From Eledone cirrhosa (Eukaryota): DNA of 64,000 nt. Position 1 is the first letter of the stretch. Each line of letters opens with the position of its first letter. The stretch is taken from positions 107,322,001 to 107,386,000 of the forward strand of contig OZ024744.1 of assembly GCA_964016885.1 (NCBI GenBank). The letters are read 5' to 3'. The notes beneath the pieces are model-generated. The model worked only from the letters and a program-made list of their open reading frames with translations, made no database searches and was not told where the DNA came from. Shown here one piece after another: positions 15,307 to 30,045 of this stretch. A program made the translations under genes and the position numbers.

Positions 15307-16310
15307 GCGGCGATGAATTAGTTTAGCGAGGTTTTTTATATGAAATCGTGTGTCGAAACAGATATTGTTATACTTGGGGAGGGTCATATTTGCGTAATAT
15401 TGCCAGAATTAATAACAGAACACACTCACTGTTTGGTTGGTTTTCGCTTCTCGCTGTCTTTTATATCTGCGATCTAACTTACTCGGTCCTCAATGTTGCC
15501 ATTGACTGACCGACGGTCAAAAATAATATAGATACAATATAGACACAAATACATATATATAGTTTACATAAATCTTTCGTTGCATATCTGCAAAATCGTC
15601 AGTGGTGTTATATTCTTTGTTCCTCCTGTTGTGTTGTATGTCTACACTATTTTTTATTCAGTCTGTCTATATATTTATTTATTTATTTGCTTGTTTGTTT
15701 ATCTTATTTTATTTTGTCTTCTTTGCGCATGCGTTTGTGTATAGTGTTATGTGTGCTGTGTGACTAGTGTGTATAGTGTTGTGTCTGCTGGGTGACTAGT
15801 GTGTGTTTATGTGCTTGTTGTTATTGTGCTTGTGTATGTATTTATTTTATTTTATTTTATTTTATTTTATTTACTTATTTATACTTCTCTTAGGTCAGTG
15901 TTGTTTGTTTGGGTGTTGTTGTTGTTCCACTGATTCTTTCTGTTTAGCTTTGGTCTTCTAATTTCTATTTCACTGGCCTCTCTGATTTGCCTATCTGCTG
16001 GGTCATTCCTATGTTTAGATATTCTAATTTCTATGTTGTCTATGTTACCGTCATGTTGTTATCTAGCATGTTCGTATAGTACTGACCCGTTTTTTCGTCC
16101 TTTTAGTTCCCCCCAGTGTTGGTCTATCCTTTCACCTATGCTACGAGCTGTCTCACCTATGTATGTTGTTGTCATGTTTCTGCAAGTACCCTCTGTACAT
16201 CTTATGCTATAGACTACGTTTCTAGTTTCACAGTTTATCTGGGGGTTCACCTTACATATGATACATTTCCTATTGGTACAGTGGGTTTTCTTAAAAGGGT
16301 AGGTTTTGCT
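15306..16310 (-). mobile_element. PLE 3' fragment: GIY-YIG endonuclease remnant + 3' UTR
   Basis: Minus strand CTNRKCIIC...CETRNVVYSIRC..C...YIGETARSIGERIDQH...SVLYEH*, continuing to RQIREASEIE..PKLN; related sequence at 20840-21168 and 24385-24475. Confidence 0.85.
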
Positions 16311-16347
16311 GATGTATATACATATATACATATACATATATATATAG

Positions 16348-16396
<49 letters not shown>

Positions 16397-16567
16397 GATA
16401 TATATACATATATATATACATATATATATATTATGCTAGGGAAAGGACCAGGGGTGTATAACACTCCACTTATCCAGCAGGCAGTATGAGGTTAGCTCAA
16501 TGTCTGAGGACAGAGCCGTAATATAATAAATAACAAAGAACGCTTATATCATATGCATATCTTTACT

Positions 16568-16613
16568 TGCTAACATTGTTTCATCCGCACTATAAGTGGG
16601 ACTCATCAGAGCA
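16568..16613 (-). ncRNA. Minimal hammerhead ribozyme (family 2)
   Basis: Reverse complement of the 17612-17657 motif. Confidence 0.82.
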
Positions 16614-17155
16614 TAAAGGTTAATTACATACCATACAAGCAATAACAAATCCAAGACATTGAAGAATGAAAGGTAATAATAGACGATAAAGGATAAGAAT
16701 AAAAATAAAAGTAAAAATAAAAATAAAAATAAAAATAAGGGGTGCTATCAGTCACAGTTGGGCGGGGTGCTGTCAACATATAGTTACATACAAGCATACA
16801 CATGGATAAGAGAACAGACAAGAGTAGACACATGGATAAGAGAACAGACAAGAGTAGATAAGATAATGGGATTAGGTAAGAGTAGGTAAAAAATAGGTAA
16901 AAAATAGGTGAAAAACAGACTTATAATATATATAAAAAGAAATACAAAGAAATACATAACAAACTTACATATAAAATATAGGGTAAGGAATGAGATAAAA
17001 TAATATAAAATTAAAAATTAAAATTATATACATAGAACATAATAGAATATAATCGTAAAATAAGATAAAATAAGGTAAACTAAAATCAAATAACATAGAC
17101 TAAATTAAAATAATATAATAATATAAGATATAATTAAATGTATAATTAAATGTAA

Positions 17156-17191
<36 letters not shown>

Positions 17192-17611
17192 ACAAAAATT
17201 AAAAATTAAATAAATAAATAAAATTTAAATTTAAATTTTAAAATTAAAATTAAAATTTAAATTTAAATAAATAAATAAATAAATAAATGGAGTTTTTATA
17301 TATATTATAAGTCTGTTTTTCACCTATTTTTTACCTATTTTTTACCTACTCTTACCTAATCCCATTATCTTATCTACTCTTGTCTGTTCTCTTATCCATG
17401 TGTCTACTCTTGTCTGTTCTCTTATCCATGTGTATGCTTGTATGTAACTATATGTTGACAGCACCCCGCCCAACTGTGACTGATAGCACCCCTTATTTTT
17501 ATTTTTATTTTTACTTTTATTTTTATTCTTATCCTTTATCGTCTATTATTACCTTTCATTCTTCAATGTCTTGGATTTGTTATTGCTTGTATGGTATGTA
17601 ATTAACCTTTA

Positions 17612-17657
17612 TGCTCTGATGAGTCCCACTTATAGTGCGGATGAAACAATGTTAGCA
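17612..17657 (+). ncRNA. Minimal hammerhead ribozyme (family 2)
   Basis: tgct CTGATGA gtcc-cac-ttata-gtg-c-ggat GAAA c-aat-g TT agca; GUU triplet. Confidence 0.82.
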
Positions 17658-17705
17658 AGTAAATATATGCATATGATATAAGCGTTCTTTGTTATTTATT
17701 ATATT

Positions 17706-18135
17706 ATACATATATATATATACATATATATATATATACATATATATATATACATATATATATATACATATATATATATACATATATATATACACATATA
17801 TATATACATATATATATACATATATATATATACATATATATATACATATATATATATACATATATATACATATATATATATACATATATATATACATATA
17901 TATATATACATATATATATATACATATATATATATACATATATACATATATATATACATATATATATATACATATATATATACATATATATATATACATA
18001 TATATATACATATATATATATACATATATATATACATATATATATACATATATATATATACATATATATATACATATATATATATACATATATATATATA
18101 CATATATATATACATATATATATATACATATATAT
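17706..18135. repeat. (TA)nCA microsatellite
   Basis: Seen directly. Confidence 0.97.
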
Positions 18136-18406
18136 GCCAAATCAACCTCCCAAATGCAAGGTGATTGAAAGGTATGTCGTATCTATTTATTTATAAGACT
18201 GTTTATATTGTATTTTGTCTGAAGAAGGCATAACATATTGTTAATATGATATCCCTGAAATATATATAACGAAATAAATATGGTTTTATAAATATAGTTT
18301 CCATTTATTTAATATCATAAATATACTCCAAATACTTGTTGAGTGCTTTTATATCAGTTATAAATATTTACTCGTTATTAACCCAACAATTTAAATATAA
18401 CTTTCC
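18136..18406 (+). mobile_element. Solo pLTR (family 3)
   Basis: Homologous to 43850-44035, 44890-45135 and the reverse complement of 50548-50735. Confidence 0.75.
18211..18276 (+). ncRNA. Minimal hammerhead ribozyme (family 3)
   Basis: tattttgt CTGAAGA agg-cataacatat-tgtta-atatgatatc-cct GAAA tatata TA acgaaata. Confidence 0.87.
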
Positions 18407-18590
18407 ATATATATACATATACATATATACATATATACATACATATATACATACATATATACATATACATACATATATACATATATATATACATATATAC
18501 ATATATACATATATACATATATACATATATACATATATACATATATATACATATATATACATATATATATATATACATATATATATATAC

Positions 18591-18637
<47 letters not shown>

Positions 18638-19034
18638 CATATATATATATACATATATATATATACATATATATATACATATATATATATACATATATAT
18701 ATACATATATATATATACATATATATATACATATATATATATACATATATATATATACATATATATATATACATATATATATACATATATATATATACAT
18801 ATATATATATACATATATATATATACATATATATATATACATATATATATATACATATATATATATACATATATATATATACATATATATATATACATAT
18901 ATATATATACATATATACATATATATATATACATATATACATATATATATATACATATATATATATACATATATATATATACATATATACATATATATAT
19001 ATACATATATATATATACATATATACATATATAT

Positions 19035-19065
<31 letters not shown>

Positions 19066-19290
19066 TACATATATACATATATATATATACATATACATAT
19101 ATACATATATACATATATACATATACATATATACATATATATATATATACATATATATATATACATATATATATATACATATATATATATACATATATAT
19201 ACATATATATATATACATATATATACATATATATATATACATATATATATATACATATATATATACATATATATATACATATATATATAC

Positions 19291-19322
<32 letters not shown>

Positions 19323-19379
19323 ATACATATATACATATCTATATACATATATACATGTATATACATATATATACACATA

Positions 19380-19413
<34 letters not shown>

Positions 19414-19429
19414 CATATATATACACATA

Positions 19430-19463
<34 letters not shown>

Positions 19464-19534
19464 CATATATATATACATATATATATATATACACATATAT
19501 ATACACATATATATATACACATATATATATACAC
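18407..19534. repeat. (TA)nCA microsatellite
   Basis: Seen directly. Confidence 0.97.
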
Positions 19535-20545
19535 ATCATCATCATCATCATTTTACGTCCGCTTTTCCCTGCTTGCAAGGGTGGGACGGGTCTTATTCAG
19601 CACAGCATCTCTCCACTCGTCACGGTCCTTCGTCATCTCTACCGTGAGTTTCAGCAATCTGAGGTCTGTTCTCACCACCTTCGCCCATGTTTTTCGTGGT
19701 CTACCTCTACCTCGTCTTCCTTCAACTGGCATTTCCTGGCACTTCTTCAGCCATTGGTCATCCTCCATGCGCATCACATGTCCATACCACCTCAGTCTCC
19801 TCTCCCGTACACTACATTCTATCCCTCTCAGACAGTTTCTCTCTCAACACATTTATGCTGGGTCATTCACGCACATTTACACTGCACATCCAATGGAGCA
19901 TGCTTGCCTCATTTCTCTCCAGCCGTCGCATATCCTCTGCAGTTGCTGCCCATGTCTCACTACCATGCAGCATCGCACTCCTCACACAGGCATCATACAA
20001 CCGGCCTTTCGTACGCAGGGAGAAACCCTTCTTCGTCAACAGAGGAAGCAGCTCCCTAAACTTCTTCCAACCCGTCCTTATTCTAGATACTATGGCCTCG
20101 GAACACCCTCTCCCATGCTAATCTGATCTCCTAGGTACCGGAAGCTATCCACCACTTCTATAGCGCCCTCCTGCATTTGAAAAATGTGACTATCAATGCA
20201 ACTTCTACTGTCTAATTTCCCTGTACATCTACTGCATACATATTTCTCCCTACCTGTTAGTTTGCCTGCTATCCCGCTACATCTCTTGTGTACCCAGGAC
20301 CTACATTGTGTGCATTTTATAGAATTTATGCCAGTTCCTTTTCTGCATATCTAACATGGCCATTTCCCTGACGGAATCAGGGTTTTGTCCTCTTTTCTAC
20401 TCATCAACACTTTTGTCTTAGCTAGGTTCACTCTCAGTCCTCTGGCTTCCAACTGCTGTTTCCATAGCCAGAATTTATTCTCTAGCTCCTCTACTGATTC
20501 TGCTATAAGAACCAGATCGTCAGCATAGAGAAGTTCCCATGGAAT
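19535..20545 (-). mobile_element. 5'-truncated degenerate RTE LINE (family B) with (GAT)n tail
   Basis: [22 protein letters not shown] and RGRPRKTW motifs; ends ...EKRT* then (gat)n; contains stops and a deletion. Confidence 0.9.
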
Positions 20546-20609
20546 GCACACACATATGCACACACATATATATATACACATATATATATATACATATATA
20601 TACATATAT

Positions 20610-20838
20610 GAAGGCACATGGCTTAGTGGCTAGAGCATTGGCCTTGCAATCGAAAGGTTGTGAGTTCAATTCTCAGACCGGGTGATGTGTTGTTTCCTTG
20701 AGCAAGACACTTTATTTCACATTGCTCCAGTTTACTCAGCTGTAGAAATGAGATGATAGGGACTGGGGTCCATATCATTCCACTGTGAAGTGGTCGTGGA
20801 GGTGCCATGGCAAAAAAAGCACCCAGCACTCACTGTAA
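20610..20838 (+). mobile_element. tRNA-headed CORE-like SINE, 3'-truncated
   Basis: A box tggcttagtgg, B box gagttcaattc, then ccttgagcaagacactt...cagtttactcagctgtagaaatg resembling the CORE domain. Confidence 0.85.
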
Positions 20839-20839
20839 A

Positions 20840-21168
20840 TGGTTTGTTTGGGTGTTGTTGTTATTCCATAAATAAACAGATTAAATAAAGATGGCGTAGA
20901 TATACAATACAACAGGAGGAACATAATAGCACCACTGACGATGTTGCAGATGTGCAACGAAAGAACTTTGTTAGACTATAAATATGTGTTTGTGTCTATA
21001 TTATATCTGTATTTTTGACCATTGGTCAGTCAATGGTAAACATTGAAGACCGAATGAATTAACTGATATAAAAGATGCAGAAGCGAAAACCAACCAAACA
21101 GTGAGTGTGTTCTGTTATTAATTCTGGCAATATTATTACAACAATATGACCCTGCCCAAGTATAACAA
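20840..21168. mobile_element. Rearranged copy of the PLE 3' UTR seen at 15360-15930
   Basis: 20868-21168 is the reverse complement of ~15365-15670; 20843-20868 matches ~15905-15929 directly. Confidence 0.75.
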
Positions 21169-21185
21169 TATATATATATATATAC

Positions 21186-21316
21186 AGCTGAGTAAACTGG
21201 AGCAATGTGAAATAAAGTGTCTTGCTCAAGGAAACAACATCACCCGGTCTGAGAATTGAACTCACAACCTTTCGATTGCAAAGGCAATGCTCTAACCACT
21301 AAGCCATGTGCCTCCA
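21186..21316 (-). mobile_element. tRNA-headed SINE, 5' part
   Basis: Reverse complement of the SINE head and core. Confidence 0.85.
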
Positions 21317-21984
21317 TATATATATAATTATATATTCGTGTACAGATATTTTTGCATACACAATAACAAATATAAACAAATGTATTTATTTCACGAGGCT
21401 CGATAAGGATAAATATATAAGAACCTTAGAGAAAATCCCATTCTGCTAGTAATAATAAGCTTGAGGAAGAATACAAATATTTTACATCTAGTATGTATCG
21501 TATCAAAACATTTATAGAATCAGTGTCAAGGAAAGATTTGTGGATGCGGGTAGAGCATGTTGTTATTTTAGCTTAAGGTATCATAACATTAATTATGTAT
21601 GATATTTGTGCTTCTCAATAGAAAAGCTCTATGGACATTTGTCTAGAGCATCAATAATTCATATTTATAGATATATATGTACAAAGGACCATATATCTTA
21701 TGAGGACAAACAGCATTTTGTAGACATACAAGGTATATATATCCAGGAAGAATACATACTTTAGATGGAAAATGTTCTCATTCCCTATGGTCATTTCAGG
21801 AGCTGATGAAAACCACAACTTAAAATCGATTGAAGCAATTGATCATCAATCACCAACTATTGATTTTGTTTAAGTTATGGGAGGTGTAAATCAATGATCA
21901 GAGGGATTATGTCAATAAAATCAATTAAATATAGTTACAATCTATATAAAAGAGAGATGTTTATTGATTGGTTGAATGACATGA

Positions 21985-22617
21985 CAAGCTACAGAAGGAA
22001 TGTTAATGGCTGCACAAGAGCAAGCCCTCAGAATGAAGTGGGTGAAACACCATATTTACAAGGAGGAGGCTAGCTCACTGTGCAGGATCTGTGGAGAGAG
22101 AGAGGAGTCTGTGGCTCACATTGTATCCGAGTGTAAACACCTAGCCCAGACTTACTATAAAGGCTGGAGACATGATATGATAGGCAGAGTGATCCACTGG
22201 CACCTATGCAGAGTAAACAATCTACCACATTCTGAGAAGTGGTATGAGCATAAGCCAGAGTCGGTGATAGAAAACGATCAGGTGAAGGTACTGTGGGATT
22301 TTAGGATACAGACAGACAAGAAATTTGAACACAATAGACCTGACCTGGTGGTTTTGGACAAGGAAAAAAGATCGTGCCTCATTGTAGATGTAGCCTGCCC
22401 ATTTGACATGAGAGTGCAAGAGAAGGAGAGGGAGAAAATTAACTTAAAGTGGGAATTAAAAAGGATTTGGAACTGTCATGAGATGAAGGTCATCCCGATG
22501 GTCATAGAAGCACTAGGTACTATCTCAAAGAGTTTCCAAGGATGGTTAAGGAAGATTAGTCCAGCCCCACTTTTTGGAACACTTCAAAAGGTATGTTTGC
22601 TGGGAACAATGCTCTAA
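21985..22617 (+). pseudogene. C-terminal fragment of an RLE-type (R4/NeSL-like) non-LTR retrotransposon
   Basis: AAQEQAL, CCHC knuckle CRICGEREESVAHIVSEC, RHD, LWDF.IQTD and RPDLVV..K...VDVACP (PD-(D/E)xK nuclease). Confidence 0.9.
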
Positions 22618-22620
22618 CCA

Positions 22621-22940
22621 ATGCTCTAACCACTGGCCTTGCAATCGAAAGGTTGTGAGTTCAATTCTCAGACCGGGTGATGTGTTGTTTCTTGAGCAAG
22701 ACACTTTATTTCACATTGCTCCAGTTTACTCAGCTGTAGAAATGAGATGATAGGGACTGGGGTCCCTATCATTCCACTGTAAAGTGGTCGTGGAGGTGCC
22801 ACGGCAGAAAAAGCACCCAGCACTCACTGTAAATGAGGTTGGTGTTAGGAAGGGCATCCAGCTGTAGAAATCAAGCCAGAATCAGTTCGCGTCCCACCCT
22901 TGAAAGCAGGGAAAAGCGGACGTAAAATGATGATGATGAT
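22621..22940 (+). mobile_element. SINE with an RTE family B-type 3' tail
   Basis: SINE body ending gtcccacccttgaaagcagggaaaagcggacgtaaaatgatgatgatg. Confidence 0.88.
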
Positions 22941-24385
<1,445 letters not shown>

Positions 24386-24575
24386 TAAATAAAATAAAAT
24401 AAATAAATAAATAAATAAATAAATACATACACAAGCACATAAACACACACTAGTCACCCATCACACAGCAAACATATATATATATATATACACATATATA
24501 TATATATACATATATATATACATCACACAGCAAACATATATACATATATATACTTATACATATATATATATACAC

Positions 24576-24606
<31 letters not shown>

Positions 24607-24671
24607 TATATATATATATATACATCACACAGCAAACATATATACATATATATACTTATACATATATATAC

Positions 24672-24724
<53 letters not shown>

Positions 24725-24728
24725 TATA

Positions 24729-25647
24729 GTACTGTAGCTAGAGTCAGAACTGGTTGGAAAAAGTTCAGAGAGCTTATACCACTATTAGCTGCTAAAGGGT
24801 TCTCCCTAAAAATGAAAGGCAGGTTGTACGATGCCTGCATACGAACAGCAATGCTGCATGGCAGTGAGACCTGGGCATTGTGTGCAGAGGATATACGCAG
24901 ACTAGAGAGGAACGAAGCTTGCATGCTCCGCTGGATGTGTAACAGTAATATACGTGAACGGCAAAGCATAAACGAACTAAGGAAAAAATTAGAGATAAGA
25001 GGGATCAGATGTTGTTTACTCGAGAGAAGGCTACGTTGGTATGGACACGTGATGCGCATGAAAGTCGATAGCTGTATAACAAAGTGCAGGGCAATAAAGA
25101 TAGACGGTATTCTCGGAATAGGTAGACCTAGAAAAACCTGGGACGAGCTGATAAACTCCGACATCACACACTTACACCTCTCCAAGACAATGTCACTGGA
25201 CCGAGACCTTTGGCGGTACTCAGTAACAGAGAAGACCCGCCTTACCTAAATATATAGTAAAACCTACTCCAGCCAGTAGGCATCTCTAACAAAATACACC
25301 CCGTCCCACCACCACCACCCCCACCCCATCCACACCACCCCGTTCTATGTAAAGTTATGTTGGTGCCGCGCCATCCAGGCCGAAACAAATGAGATCGTGT
25401 AGGTGTCACGACAAAAAAACACACAGTCCACGCTGTAATGTGGCCGTGTAGGCAACACGGTAAAAACCTCCCAGACCCACACTGTAAATGTGGTTGGTGT
25501 TAGGAAGGGCATCCAACTGTAGAAAACCTGCCAGACAGTCCTATGCGAGCAAGACAATCACTCTTGCCTCAAGTGGGACTATCCCCGTCCAAACCCATGC
25601 AAGCGTGGAACACGGACGTTAAACGTTGATGATGATGATGATGATGA
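24729..25647 (+). mobile_element. RTE family A 3' fragment
   Basis: MLHGSETW...RLRWYGHV...GRPRKTW...EKTRLT*, 3' UTR and (GAT)n tail; highly similar to 30046-30935. Confidence 0.95.
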
Positions 25648-25680
25648 TATACATATATATACATATACATATGTATATAT

Positions 25681-26008
25681 GAACATTAATCAGTATACAC
25701 TGAGGATGAAAAACTCAGAGCTGTATGGAAGCCTCCCAAAAGTCAGCTCAAAAGTGACACAGAGAAGACTGAGGTTAGCTGGACATGCTCACCGATATCC
25801 AGAGTTGACATTGCACTCAGTGCTCCTTTGGGAGCCCCTACATGGACACACTAGAAGAGGAAGACCAAGGTTAACGTATGTTGATGCCCTAAGGACAGAC
25901 ACTGGTCTGTTGGAGATGCAGGATATGGCAGCGATAATGAGGGACAGAGATCGCTGGAGAGAACTCGTCCATGGATCTCGGGAATTTTACCCGCCTTAGA
26001 TAGATAGA
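25681..26008 (+). mobile_element. RTE family C 3' fragment
   Basis: Near-identical to the reverse complement of 9170-9488; ends REFYPP* + (TAGA)n. Confidence 0.93.
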
Positions 26009-26850
<842 letters not shown>

Positions 26851-26854
26851 TATA

Positions 26855-27311
26855 TCTGGCTGGAACACAGCTACATAGCGATTTTAGCCATTTTTTAATC
26901 TAAATTTGGCGCGATCGGTTAGAAAAACTAGATGTCTGATTTTGAGTTTATCTCCTGATGAAACCTAACTTTGAGCATCCATATTATTTGGAAGTCCTAA
27001 ATAAGGAAGAAACCTTGGTAGAGATATAATTACGGTATATGCGCATTTCTTCTAAGTTTAATTTTACTACTAATTATGTGTGGTTGATGGTATATTTAGT
27101 CAGATCCTACATGCTGTCGAAATGTTGGATAAATAATGGAACGGGGCCGACGCGAAGAGGCTACGATCGATTATTTGTCGGAGATTTCCCCATAAAAGAA
27201 TTTATTCTTATAACTTGCTGGGATGGATTTTGTATATGGTAAATTATGCTGATTAGAAGAAGAAATAGTATATATTTTAATATCTGATGATTCATAAGAC
27301 ATGATTTATGA
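26855..27311 (+). mobile_element. Solo pLTR (family 4)
   Basis: Homologous to 45900-46320 (gattttagccattttt...ggcgcgatc; ctgtcgaaat...ttatttgtcggagattt). Confidence 0.72.
26949..27026 (+). ncRNA. Hammerhead ribozyme (family 4), stem II base degraded
   Basis: tatctc CTGATGA ... GAAA ccttgg TA gagata; stems I and III pair. Confidence 0.75.
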
Positions 27312-27422
27312 TATATATATATACATACATATATATATATATATACATACATATATATATATATATATACACATATATATATATATATATACACATATAT
27401 ATATACATACACATATATATAT

Positions 27423-27461
<39 letters not shown>

Positions 27462-27476
27462 TATATACATACACAT

Positions 27477-27513
<37 letters not shown>

Positions 27514-29361
27514 GGTTTAGCGTCCGTGTTCCACGCTTGCATGGGTTTGGACGGGGGTTTTCCCACTTGAGGCAAGAGTGGTTGTCTTGCTCGCATAGGA
27601 CTGTCTGGCGGGTTTTCTACAGTTGGATGCCCTTCCTAACACCAACCACATTTACAGTGTGGGGCTGGGAGGTTTTTACCGTGTTGCCTACATGGCCACA
27701 TTACAGCGTGGACTGTCTGGCGGGTTTTCTACAGCTGGATGCCCTTCCTAACACCAACCACATTTACAGTGTGGGGCTGGGAGGTTTTTACCGTGTTGCC
27801 TACACGGCCACATTTACAGCGTGGACTGTGTGTTTTTTGTCGTGACACCTACACGATCTCATTTGTTTCGGCCTGGATGTTGTGGGACCAACATAACTTT
27901 ACATTGAAAGGGGCGGTGTGGGTGGGGTGGAGGGGGTGGAGGTGGTGGGACGGGGGTGTGTTTTGATAGAGATGCCTACTGACTGTAGTAGGTTTTTACT
28001 TTGTATTTAGGTAAGGCGGGTCTTCTCTATTACTGAGTACCGCCAAAGGTCTCGGTCCAGTGACATTGTCTTGGAGAGGTGTAAGCGTGTGAGGTCGGAA
28101 TTTATCAGCTCGTCCCATGTTTTTCTGGGTCTGCCTACTCCGTGGCTACCGTCTATCTTTATTGCCCTGCACTTTGTTATACAGCTGTCGTCTTTCATGC
28201 GCATCACGTGACCGTACCAACGTAGCCTTCTCTCGAGTAAACAACATCTGATCCCTCTTATTTCTAATTTTTTCCTTAGTTCGTTTATGCTTTGCCGTTT
28301 ACGTATATTACTATTGCACATCCAGCGGAGCATGCAAGCTTCGTTCCTCTCTAGTCTGCGTATATCCTCTGCACACAATGCCCAGGTCTCACTGCCATGC
28401 AGCATTGCTGTTCGTATGCAGGCATCGTATAACCTGCCTTTCATTTTTAGGGAGAACCCTCTAGCGGCTAATAGTGGTATAAGCTCTCTGAACATTTTCC
28501 ATCCAGTTCTGACTCTAGCTACTGTACTTTCAGAGCACCCTCCCCCACTGCTGATTTTGTCACCCAGATAACGGAAGCTGTCCACTATTTCTATAGAACC
28601 CTCTGCGCAGTTGAAGGAGCTAGTATTTTGTGGGCACTTGCTGCTACTTATTGCACCAGAGCACCGGCCACATGTAAAATCTATGTTCTTAGTTAGCTTA
28701 CCTGTGATCCCACTACATCTTTTATGCACCCATACTTTGCATTTGGGACATAAAATGGAGTTTCTACCTACGCCTTTCCTACACACTGAGCATGGCCATT
28801 TCCCCGATGGGACCGCCGCCTTATTTTCTTTCCTACAAACTAGAACTTTAGTCTTAGCCAGGTTAATTTTAAGGCCTTTTGATTCTAGGCCGTGCTTCCA
28901 CGTTTGGAATTTCTTCTCTAGTTCGGTCATTGATTCAGCTATGAGCGTTAGATCATCTGCGTATAGGAGTTCCCATGGGCAGCCGGTCTTGAACTCCTCT
29001 GTTATAGCCTGAAGGGCAATAATAAATAGTAGGGGGCTAAGAACAGAGCCCTGATGGACACCAACTTTTACGCTAAACTCTTCACTATATTCGTTGTTAA
29101 TTCTAACCTTACTGACTGTTTCTTTATACATGGCTTGTATAGCTCTCACAAGCCATTCGTCAACACCTAGTTTTCTAAGAGACCACCAGATAATGGAACG
29201 GGGGACTCTGTCGAAGGCTTTCTCCAAGTCGACGAAAGCTAAGTATAGGGGTTTACTTTTAGCTAGGTACTTCTCCTGTAGTTGTCGTACAATGAAAAGA
29301 GCGTCTGTGGTACTTTTGCCTGACACAAACCCGAACTGCATTTCATCTAGATCAATTCTCT
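27477..29361 (-). mobile_element. 5'-truncated RTE family A LINE; RT + PHD-like ORF open to the stop at 28007
   Basis: [27 protein letters not shown] and CSVC..C..C..WVH..C...CGRC motifs; ~111-bp duplication in the 3' UTR; (GAT)n tail. Confidence 0.95.
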
Positions 29362-29560
29362 CTACACATATATATATATACATACATATATATACATATA
29401 TATATATACATATATATATATACACATATATATATATACACATATATATATATACACATATATATATACACATATATATATACACATATATATATACACA
29501 TATATATATATACATATATATATATACATATATACATATACATATATACATATACATATA

Positions 29561-29593
<33 letters not shown>

Positions 29594-30045
29594 ACATATA
29601 TACATATACATATATACATATACATATATACATATACATATATACATATACACATATACATATATACATATACACATATACATATATACATATACATATA
29701 TACATATACATATATACATATACATATATACATATACATATATACATATATATATATACATATATATATATACATATATATATATACATATATATATATA
29801 CATATATATATATACATATATATATATACATATATATATATACATATATATATATATACATATATATATATACATATATATATATACATATATATATATA
29901 CATATATATATATACATATATATATATACATATATATATATACATATATATATATACATATATATATATACATATATATATATACATATATATATATACA
30001 TATATATATATACATATATATATATACATATATATATATACATAT
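29362..30045. repeat. TA/CA microsatellite
   Basis: Seen directly. Confidence 0.97.

Larger units (their letters stand above)
16432..17705. mobile_element. ORF-less inverted-repeat cassette of PLE pLTRs (family 2)
   Basis: ~16521-16938 is the near-perfect reverse complement of ~17294-17704, with an AT-rich spacer and a hammerhead in each arm. Confidence 0.85.

Noticed and set aside
15306-15375. cgatga...GAAAcagatattgTTA hammerhead-like words
   Set aside because: The core lacks CU, stem II is unconvincing, and it is on the opposite strand to the linked PLE ORF.
20610-20685. tRNA gene
   Set aside because: The A/B boxes continue into a SINE core and tail in multiple copies, and there is no proper acceptor stem or terminator.
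21806-21850. CTGATGA at 21806 and CTGACGA near 53548
   Set aside because: No stem II-GAAA-NUH arrangement follows.
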